Below, in pieces: positions 20,066 through 27,928 of a stretch of 64,000 nt of DNA; positions within the stretch are counted from its first letter, which is position 1, and every line of letters begins with the position of its first letter. A program made the translations under genes and the position numbers. Location of the stretch: contig JANZKC010000001.1 of NCBI GenBank assembly GCA_025061115.1, positions 779,366 to 843,365 of the forward strand. Direction: 5' to 3'. The notes beneath the pieces were generated by a model. It saw only the letters and a list, made by a program, of their open reading frames with translations. It was not told where the DNA came from and ran no database searches. The stretch is from Candidatus Culexmicrobium cathedralense. Lineage in GTDB: Archaea; Thermoproteota; Methanomethylicia; Culexarchaeales; Culexmicrobiaceae.

Positions 20066-22414
20066 AGGAGGCTTAAGTATAGAATCTTCTGTGAAGCCGA
20101 AGACTGACAATACGCGTAAAGCTGATGGCAAGATCTGCTTGGAGACATAGTAATCTAAGTCTAAGTCATCATAATCGGCCATAAAGTAAGGCTTGGCTCT
20201 ATCGGAAAGCCTCTTCGATGTTCCTTTAATTATCACGAAGCCAACCTTATCTCCAACTTCAAGGGAATACCCTGCGCTTAGTAGCATTCTTGCAACTCTT
20301 ACGTGGGGAGCGTCAACTTCATACTCGTTAAGGGATTTTGCCAGTGTTTTCCAGATTATTAGCTTCTCAAAGGGAACTCGCTTAGACCTCAAATCATCAA
20401 CTACTTTTCTAACATATTCTGCAGCTGCGCTTGGGGATCTTCGCTTTAAAATTATTTCAATTACTTTGAGCTGCACTTCTTGTGCAAGTTCGCACCAGTC
20501 TCCACGTACAGCCTCGAAACCGATAACCTCAACACGCCCATCTTGAAGGAGACCGGCGTACCGCTTAGCAGCTTCAGTGAATATGCATGCTTCGTAAATT
20601 TTATCAATTTTAATTTCCAGCCCAATTTCTCTCTCAACTTCTGCTATGAAGGCATCTACTTTTTCAGGAACATATTTGACAAATAAGGAATCAGTATCCC
20701 CATAAATTATTCGGAGTGAAATTCTTCTTGCAATGTCTATGGCCTCTTTAATTGTTTCTCTACCGAAAGCTGCAGTAGCTTCTGCACAGGGTTTAACATA
20801 CCATCTAGCTCCAAGCCATCCAGTGTATCCATAGCATGCATTAGCAATGACTTTGATCGCCTTTTGACGGTTATCGAGGATCAGGTATTCTGGAGAGGCG
20901 ATATCCAAAAGCTTCATTTGCTCCTTGATCTGCTTTCTCAAGGCAAGCAACTTTTCTAAAACGCGCTTAAAGAACCCTGGCGGGCTTTTCCTAAATCTAT
21001 GCCCAACCTCGGGAGCGATGAAACATTCATCAGGAGATAGCGATTCATCCGGAGGAATATAGGTGTCGGGACTTATGTTGTACTTTATCATCAAGCTTGG
21101 ATACATAGCTGAGAAATCTATCACCGCGATATTCTCATGCAAGCCTTTTATCGGCTTTAAAACTAATGCGCCGCGATATGGAACGTATGGTCTTTCAACT
21201 CTATTTGGAATTAGCTCATTTTCTTTGAAAGCTTGGCGAATTAAGAACCACTCCACACGAAAGCCAACTGGAGCTGCCAAGACTTGGTCAAGAGGAATGC
21301 CAGTGACACTTGAAAGCTGAATTGCGAAAGGCAGTGCCTTCTCTGCAATTTTTAACGTCAACTCAGCAGCTTCCATCGAATGCTTAAGTAGGTCTGGACG
21401 CCTACTTTGGTCGCCCCAATATTGATATACCCAGGGCGGTTTAAGCAGGAATTGCTCTTCTTTAGGCTTTACATTCAGGTAGTCAGCCACATTTCCTAGA
21501 GTCTTTATTTTAATAGCATAGAGATCCTCTGCATAATCAAGCATGTCAACATTAGCTCGCCCTGCAATAGATATGTGGCCATATATGCTTGTTTGTGGTT
21601 CTGAGAATTCCCTGCTGAGCGGAATGCGGGCATTCAGGCTTTTTGCCCTAGCTAGAATGTATGGCCAAACAAACCTATTAGAGTTGTAACCAACAATGAC
21701 GTCAGGATTCACTTCAACAATATAACTTGCAAAATTCTCTAGAAGAGTCCTCTCATCAAGCTCTTCGAGAGTGAATTGCGCTTTTTCACCGGTATTCGTA
21801 ACTACCGTAATAACTACGATGGGATCGCTGTGCGCCTTTGGAGAGCCTTTGGGACTAAAATACTCAACATCGAAGGAAAGAATTTTTAAATCAGGCATAT
21901 CTCGACGTTCAATTGGTTTGGGTTCACTTTTCATTTCATAAATTGCATCTACACGTATGTTTTCTTTATTATCGAGAGGAGCCACTTCGGCAGAGTGCCA
22001 AGCACAGGGGTAAACGCCTTTATCAACCATATATCTCATATAAAATCGTATATCAGCTTCAAGGACATCCTTTACACCGGAAATTTTTGATATTTTTTCC
22101 TTTAAAAGGGACAGTGCAGTAGGCAACAAGCATTCCACTTTAAGTGCGGTTACTGGCTTGCCGAAAAAGAATTTGTTAACTTGCTGAATGCTTAATACGG
22201 GGGCAGTGGGACTGCTCAATTTTTTGATGTTGTTAGTGATGGACTCAAGAAAGCTGTTGTCTTTCGGTAAGACATAGAAATACGGTCTAAAAGTCCGGTC
22301 TAATATCAAAACGCGCTTACCATCATCTGTTATGCTCCAAAAACAAATGATAGGCACATTATCTTGAATGGCATACGTTACATCTAATGGCCAAAAGGTG
22401 AGGATCTTCCTCAC
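20027..22414 (-). CDS. polB: Family B DNA polymerase (B3-type); proofreading motifs degenerate
   Basis: DFSAMYPS, K..AN..YGY, YGDTDS, KRY intact; ExoII reads YNSNRFVWPY and ExoIII reads HSMEA. Confidence 0.93.
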   Translation of the reverse strand: MRKILTFWPLDVTYAIQDNVPIICFWSITDDGKRVLILDRTFRPYFYVLPKDNSFLESITNNIKKLSSPTAPVLSIQQVNKFFFGKPVTALKVECLLPTALSLLKEKISKISGVKDVLEADIRFYMRYMVDKGVYPCAWHSAEVAPLDNKENIRVDAIYEMKSEPKPIERRDMPDLKILSFDVEYFSPKGSPKAHSDPIVVITVVTNTGEKAQFTLEELDERTLLENFASYIVEVNPDVIVGYNSNRFVWPYILARAKSLNARIPLSREFSEPQTSIYGHISIAGRANVDMLDYAEDLYAIKIKTLGNVADYLNVKPKEEQFLLKPPWVYQYWGDQSRRPDLLKHSMEAAELTLKIAEKALPFAIQLSSVTGIPLDQVLAAPVGFRVEWFLIRQAFKENELIPNRVERPYVPYRGALVLKPIKGLHENIAVIDFSAMYPSLMIKYNISPDTYIPPDESLSPDECFIAPEVGHRFRKSPPGFFKRVLEKLLALRKQIKEQMKLLDIASPEYLILDNRQKAIKVIANACYGYTGWLGARWYVKPCAEATAAFGRETIKEAIDIARRISLRIIYGDTDSLFVKYVPEKVDAFIAEVEREIGLEIKIDKIYEACIFTEAAKRYAGLLQDGRVEVIGFEAVRGDWCELAQEVQLKVIEIILKRRSPSAAAEYVRKVVDDLRSKRVPFEKLIIWKTLAKSLNEYEVDAPHVRVARMLLSAGYSLEVGDKVGFVIIKGTSKRLSDRAKPYFMADYDDLDLDYYVSKQILPSALRVLSVFGFTEDSILKPPSTVTLDFWFKRR

Positions 22415-22929
22415 AAATCAACGCCCCAATAAGTATTCTCACAAACAAACTTATTCTTCTCGGTTAATATTTTAAACATGATAATTGCACTTTCATTATC
22501 CCTATAGTACTGGGGGATCTGATAAGCTTCTTTAAATCCAAGTTTCAGGTATAATTTTATGGCAGCTAAATTGCTGACTCTAACTTCGAGCCTCAGAATT
22601 TTCACGCCCAACGTTCTGGCTCTTTCTTCAACTGAAGCAAGAAGGGCAGTTGCTATTCCCTTACGCCGATGGTGTGGGGAAACCGCCAATGACAATATGT
22701 GACCTAAATATTTTCGCCTAACTAATAAAATTACGTACCCAACAACTTTACCATTTAACTCTGCAACAAGAAACGTTTCTCTTGCCATTTGCAAAAGCAT
22801 TTTGAGAAGGGATCTTGGATATGGATCTTTAAATGAGCGAACTTCAATCTCAAATATTTCACATATATCCTCCTCTCTCGCCGGCCGAATAGATAATTTT
22901 CTGCAAGAGCTCGAGCTGATCATCTGCAC
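22411..22929 (-). CDS. rimI: RimI/Ard1-like GNAT N-acetyltransferase
   Basis: GHILSLAV...RRKGIA, LEVRVSN..AI.LY, YY. Confidence 0.88.
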   Translation of the reverse strand: MQMISSSSCRKLSIRPAREEDICEIFEIEVRSFKDPYPRSLLKMLLQMARETFLVAELNGKVVGYVILLVRRKYLGHILSLAVSPHHRRKGIATALLASVEERARTLGVKILRLEVRVSNLAAIKLYLKLGFKEAYQIPQYYRDNESAIIMFKILTEKNKFVCENTYWGVDL

Positions 22930-23009
22930 CTACTCATTAAGAATCTTTATTAAAAGCACAATTAAATTTAGGTATAAGACGTCACTTAATACTCTAATGT
23001 GGTGAGAAT

Positions 23010-23678
23010 ATGAGAGTGAGATGGCTTGGGCATGCTGGTTTTGATATAGAGATCTTAGGGAGACGAATATTAATAGATCCATGGCTCACAGGAAACCCTA
23101 TGGCCAAGAATAAACCCGAAGAATTTAAGAAAGTGGACGTTATTCTCGTTACCCACGACCATGGCGACCACTTAGGTGATGCCATAGAGATTGCCAAAAA
23201 CACAGGCGCAACCTTTGTTGGCATTTACGAGTTAAGCCAATATGCACTATCACAGGGAGTTAAGGAAGCCGTGGGAATGAACATTGGAGGTTCAACAGTA
23301 GTAAAAGACTTGGAAGTAATAATGGTCCCTGCATTTCACTCATGCGAAAAAGGCGCTCCTGTAGGCTTTGTAGTTCAGCATGGAGCTGAAAGCGTTTATC
23401 ACGCAGGAGATACCTCAGTTTTTAGTGACATGAAACTCATAGGGGAACTATACAAACCTAAGCTGGCTCTGCTTCCTATAGGAAGCCACTTCACAATGGG
23501 ACCAAAAGAGGCAGCTAAAGCTGTAGAGCTAATAAAGCCAAAGGTGGTGATTCCAATGCATTATAATACATTTCCAGTGATAAGACAAGATCCTCATGAA
23601 TTCGAAGGACTAGTTAAGGAAGTTGCTCCCGAAGTAAGGGTAATTATAGCGGAAGTTGGGAAGTGGATTGAAATTTAG
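23010..23678 (+). CDS. Metallo-beta-lactamase-fold hydrolase (UPF0173)
   Basis: WLGHA, THDHGDH, YHAGDT, PIG..FTM, IPMHY. Confidence 0.9.
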   Translation: MRVRWLGHAGFDIEILGRRILIDPWLTGNPMAKNKPEEFKKVDVILVTHDHGDHLGDAIEIAKNTGATFVGIYELSQYALSQGVKEAVGMNIGGSTVVKDLEVIMVPAFHSCEKGAPVGFVVQHGAESVYHAGDTSVFSDMKLIGELYKPKLALLPIGSHFTMGPKEAAKAVELIKPKVVIPMHYNTFPVIRQDPHEFEGLVKEVAPEVRVIIAEVGKWIEI

Positions 23679-23727
23679 GGGAAACAGAAAGCCCTTGAGA
23701 TGTAAACGTTATTAGAGAAGAGGAATC

Positions 23728-25245
23728 ATGAGAATAATCAACAATCTCGGCGACATCGAAGTAATGATTCTTGAAAAACTGAAGGAAGCGGGAGGTAAAC
23801 GTAAACTAGAAGTTCTAGCAAGGGAACTCGCAAAAACTACATCGACAATAGCTTCGATCATTGAGAACTTAGCTAAGAAAGGAGCTGTAGCAGTTGTTAA
23901 AAAAAAGCTGATATCGGTTTCACTGACTAATGAAGGTTTAAAGTATGCTAGGGATGGTTTACCGGAAAGAAAAGTATTGCAGAAATTAATCGAAATGGGA
24001 GGAAGAGCCCCAATAAGGAGATTAGCATCAAATAGAAAGATTGGCGAGGAGATAAAAGTTGCAATTGGCTGGGCTAAGAAAAAAGGGTGGATAAAAATAG
24101 AGAAGAAAGGAGCAGAGCAGATAGTACAAGTGCTAATTGAAAATCCACCAGAGGGATATGACGAGAAAATACTTAAGGAGCTTAGCCAGTCAAGTGGAAG
24201 CATTTTCATTAATAAATTAGACTATGAGCTTTATAGTGCGCTTCAAGATCTAAAAACTAGGAAACTTGTAGTGATCAAAGAGAAAACTGATGCAATAATT
24301 TTCCTTACAAGTGAGGGGAAAGAAGTGTTAGCTCACGCAGGTGAAAAGCAGGTTATAAACGTACTTGCGCGCGAACACATAATAAAGGGCACATGGAGAA
24401 AATGCTATTTCAAACAATACAATGTAACTGCCCAGCCACCAAGAATCTATCCCGGCAAACAGCACTTCCTTAACGAAATAATAGACAGGGTAAGGCAAAC
24501 ATTGTTATTCATGGGGTTTGAGGAATGTTTTGGGAAATTTATAGAGTTGGAGTTTTGGAGTTTTGACATGCTATTTTACGCTCAGGATCATCCTTCAAGA
24601 AGCTTAAGCGAAGTTTATTGGATTAAAAAACCAGAAGAAGGCAACATATTAGATAAAGAGCTAATTGATAAAGTGAAAGCCGTCCATGAACATGGATGGA
24701 TTACAGGTTCAAGAGGGTGGGGAGGTAAATGGAGCTTACAGCGTTCTAAAAAGCTTATCTTAAGCATAGAACCATTACCCCCCATAATCAGGTATCTATT
24801 CGCCCGCAAGAAAACACCCATAAAGGCATTTTGTATCTTAAGGACATTTAAACGAGAAATGGCTGATGCCGATGTTCCCATGGAAAGCATAAAGCTAGGC
24901 GGCATGTATTGTGATGAAGACGCAAATATGAGCAAGCTAATTGGAATAATTAAGAAAATACTGCTAGAGCTAGAAATAAGTGAAGTAAAAGTGAGGCCAA
25001 CGTACTTGTCGTATGCGGAGCCCAGCATTGAAGTTAGGATAAAGCAAGACAAGGAAAATTGGCTTTCATGTGCGGTTGGAGGTTTTCTCAGACCTGAAAT
25101 TGGGAAAGTACTTGATCTGGAGATGCCAGCTGTAATTTGGAGCATGAATTTAAATGATATTGCTATTGCTTGCTTAAATTTGAGCGGGTATCGAGAAATT
25201 TACGCTAGTGACCTTAATGTTTTAAGAAGGTTAGGCGCGAAGTGA
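23728..25245 (+). CDS. pheS: Phenylalanyl-tRNA synthetase alpha-like protein, catalytic motifs degenerate
   Basis: Archaeal PheS architecture (GLPE, QDHP.R, VHEHG...SRGW, EPS, RPE), but motif 2, motif 3 and the FPF loop are substituted. Confidence 0.8.
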   Translation: MRIINNLGDIEVMILEKLKEAGGKRKLEVLARELAKTTSTIASIIENLAKKGAVAVVKKKLISVSLTNEGLKYARDGLPERKVLQKLIEMGGRAPIRRLASNRKIGEEIKVAIGWAKKKGWIKIEKKGAEQIVQVLIENPPEGYDEKILKELSQSSGSIFINKLDYELYSALQDLKTRKLVVIKEKTDAIIFLTSEGKEVLAHAGEKQVINVLAREHIIKGTWRKCYFKQYNVTAQPPRIYPGKQHFLNEIIDRVRQTLLFMGFEECFGKFIELEFWSFDMLFYAQDHPSRSLSEVYWIKKPEEGNILDKELIDKVKAVHEHGWITGSRGWGGKWSLQRSKKLILSIEPLPPIIRYLFARKKTPIKAFCILRTFKREMADADVPMESIKLGGMYCDEDANMSKLIGIIKKILLELEISEVKVRPTYLSYAEPSIEVRIKQDKENWLSCAVGGFLRPEIGKVLDLEMPAVIWSMNLNDIAIACLNLSGYREIYASDLNVLRRLGAK

Positions 25246-25251
25246 TTTTTC

Positions 25252-26928
25252 ATGATACCAATAACAGTAAGTCTGAAAGATCTGCAGTCGTTAATTGGTG
25301 AAGAACTAGGCGTAAATGAGATCTTAAAATTATTGGCGATGACTAAGTGTGAAATAAAGCATGTCAAAGGAGATTTGATAGAGCTTATGGTTCCACTTGA
25401 TAGACCGGATCTTTTTTCAGTGGAGGGAGTCAGCAGAGCTCTAAGATGCATCATGGGAACTTATAGGAAGCCCATAATTGACAAGAATGAGAAATGCATA
25501 TGTCAAGTTTACGTAGATAGTGAAGTTCTCGACATAAGACCTTACATTGCTTCTGCAGTGATTAGAGAAGTAAAACTGAGTTGCAAAGCACTAAGACAGA
25601 TGACACAGCTCAGGAGGAAATTGCATGAAACATACTGCAGAGGAAAGCTTCTTGCTTCGATAGAAATTCACGACTACAACTTAACTACGCCACCTCTTAC
25701 ATACTCAGTTAAAGGAGAAGAAGACATAACATTAAAACCACGCGGAGAAGGAAGAAAATTAAGGTTAACTGAAATTCTGAGGAGAGAACCTTGGAAAAAG
25801 CATGCTTATCTACTATTCGGCTACAATCGGCTTCCAGTAATGGTTGATTCTAAAGGGGAAGTACTATCCGTTCCACCAATTATTGAAAGTGATGAAACAA
25901 AAATCACTGCGAATTCATCGGACATACTTCTCATAGTCACTGGAATAAATGAAAGAGTTGTTGAAGAAGCTTTGGAGATAGTTGCGGCAAACCTCTTGGA
26001 GAGGGGAGGAATTTTAAAGCGGGTTGAAATACGGTATCCTGACACTTTGTTGATTACTCCTAAAATGGAACCTAGAGAAATCATCATCGAGCCGCAACAG
26101 GTGGAGAAAGTCCTTGGAGTTAAAATTGACTTAAACAAGTTAATGGCTCTTTTAGTTAAAAGCGGATTTGAAGTAAAAAGCGAAAATGGAAAAGTGAAGG
26201 TCGGCGTCCCACCCTACCGCGCTGATGTGATTCATGAAATCGACGTAATAGAGGATATAGGAATAGTTTATGGCTTCGATAACATAAAAGGAGGGCCGCT
26301 CAGCGTTCTCGCGCCAGGAAAGGCATACCCCATGAACAAATTGGCAATGAGAGCAAGAAGGATCATGACCGCCTTGGGATTCCAAGAAATAATAACATGC
26401 GTCTTATCCGACAGGAAGGATTTATTAAATAAAATGCTTTTAAAAGAAGAGAAAATAATTGAAGTAATAAATCCCATAATTCGAAAATATTCTGCTATAA
26501 GGAACTGGCTAATGCCAAAACTTTTAGAATTCCTAAGCAATAACAAGCATGCACCATATCCTCAAAAGATCTTTGAAATTGGAGAAGTAGCATTAATTTG
26601 TGAGGGGGATGAGGAAACAGGAGTAAAGTGCACCTTAAAGCTAGCAGCGGCAATAACAGATTATAAGGCAGGGTATGGAGACATCCAGGCGACACTATTT
26701 GCACTCCTTGAAAATCTGCAAATTCCATTTAAGCTCGAGCCAACATACCATCCAAGCTTCATCCGTGGTAGGACAGCCCAAATAAGAATTCATAATAGCG
26801 TAGTCGGAATAATTGGTGAAATCTATCCAGAAGTTTTAGAAAACTTCAAGTTGGAAAATCCGGTGGCAGCATTTGAAATGGATTTAGGGAAAATTGCTGC
26901 ATGCTATCCACAGGAAAGCCGGAAATGA
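25252..26928 (+). CDS. pheT: Phenylalanyl-tRNA synthetase beta-like protein
   Basis: RPDLFSVEG..R, KLHET, PPII, VPPYRAD..H..D..ED, YPQKIFE.G, PSFI.GR. Confidence 0.85.
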   Translation: MIPITVSLKDLQSLIGEELGVNEILKLLAMTKCEIKHVKGDLIELMVPLDRPDLFSVEGVSRALRCIMGTYRKPIIDKNEKCICQVYVDSEVLDIRPYIASAVIREVKLSCKALRQMTQLRRKLHETYCRGKLLASIEIHDYNLTTPPLTYSVKGEEDITLKPRGEGRKLRLTEILRREPWKKHAYLLFGYNRLPVMVDSKGEVLSVPPIIESDETKITANSSDILLIVTGINERVVEEALEIVAANLLERGGILKRVEIRYPDTLLITPKMEPREIIIEPQQVEKVLGVKIDLNKLMALLVKSGFEVKSENGKVKVGVPPYRADVIHEIDVIEDIGIVYGFDNIKGGPLSVLAPGKAYPMNKLAMRARRIMTALGFQEIITCVLSDRKDLLNKMLLKEEKIIEVINPIIRKYSAIRNWLMPKLLEFLSNNKHAPYPQKIFEIGEVALICEGDEETGVKCTLKLAAAITDYKAGYGDIQATLFALLENLQIPFKLEPTYHPSFIRGRTAQIRIHNSVVGIIGEIYPEVLENFKLENPVAAFEMDLGKIAACYPQESRK

Positions 26929-26941
26929 GCAAACTCTTAGG

Positions 26942-27035
26942 TGGTGGGGCCGCGGAGATTTGAACTCCGGTCACGGGGACCCATTGGGGGAACAGCGTTC
27001 TAACCCCGCAGCCTTCCAGGCTAGCCTACGGCCCC
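26942..27035 (-). tRNA. tRNA-Pro(TGG) with 18-nt intron at 33/34 (26984-27001); CCA encoded
   Basis: GGGG-TTA-GAAC-gct-GTTC-CCCC-AAT relaxed BHB; spliced arm CGGGG-TTTGGGT-CCCCG. Confidence 0.88.
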
Positions 27036-27165
27036 ACAATGATTAGCCGGCACAGACTTCTAGAAAGAAAATGCATAGTCCCAGCTTAAATATTTGCTGA
27101 CAAGCCATCAAACACATTTATTATTCATAGTATTAAAATAAAGTTAATTCGTGGAGAGGAAGTGA

Positions 27166-27876
27166 ATGTCAATTGAAGAAGAATTAGCTAGGAAAATTGC
27201 TGGAGAAATAGTCCTCTCAGATAGACCTTGGATAACTATGAAAAAGTGGAGAGAATTATTTAATATTACGCAAGTCGAATTGGCTGGCGAAATGAATATC
27301 TCTCCATCGGTAATCAGCGATTATGAAGGGGGTAGGCGACGCTCTCCAGGAGCTAAGTTCGTTAAGCGATTCGTAGAAGCAATAATAAGTATAGACAAAA
27401 ATCGCGGAAGCCCAGTGTTAAGAGAATTTTCCAGAATTATGAGCATGCCTACTGAAGCAATTTTAGATATGAAAGAATTCTCTGAGGCAGTATCTATCAA
27501 AAGGCTCTGCCAAGTAATTAATGCAGAAATCATCGCTTGTTCACATTTAGGTGAAAGAAAGATTTTCGGATATACGGTCGTTGACAGCATAAGGTGCATT
27601 GAAACTCTTTCAGGGGCAGATTTCATGAAGCTCATGGGCACTACTTCCATGAGAGCATTAATATTCACAAAGGTTTCAAGAGGAAGGTCGCCAATGGTGG
27701 CTGTTAGAGTGAATCCAATAAAGCCAGCAGCAGTAATTATTCACGGAACAGATAAGGTCGACTCTTTAGCCATAAAGCTAGCTAGAATAGAGCAAATTCC
27801 ACTAGCAGTTTCTCGCATGCCCACTATTGAAAAACTCCTTCAAGCCTTGAAAAGCTTTAGCTTGAGCATAGAATAA
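27166..27876 (+). CDS. Xre-HTH transcriptional regulator (COG1709-like)
   Basis: IAGEIVLS, WRELF, SVISDYE.GRR.SPG, GYTVVDS, RALIFT.V..GRSPMVA. Confidence 0.88.
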   Translation: MSIEEELARKIAGEIVLSDRPWITMKKWRELFNITQVELAGEMNISPSVISDYEGGRRRSPGAKFVKRFVEAIISIDKNRGSPVLREFSRIMSMPTEAILDMKEFSEAVSIKRLCQVINAEIIACSHLGERKIFGYTVVDSIRCIETLSGADFMKLMGTTSMRALIFTKVSRGRSPMVAVRVNPIKPAAVIIHGTDKVDSLAIKLARIEQIPLAVSRMPTIEKLLQALKSFSLSIE

Positions 27877-27928
27877 AACAAAATGGTAAAAATAGATATA
27901 TAGCAATAATTGTAGTAGGGGGTAGTTT

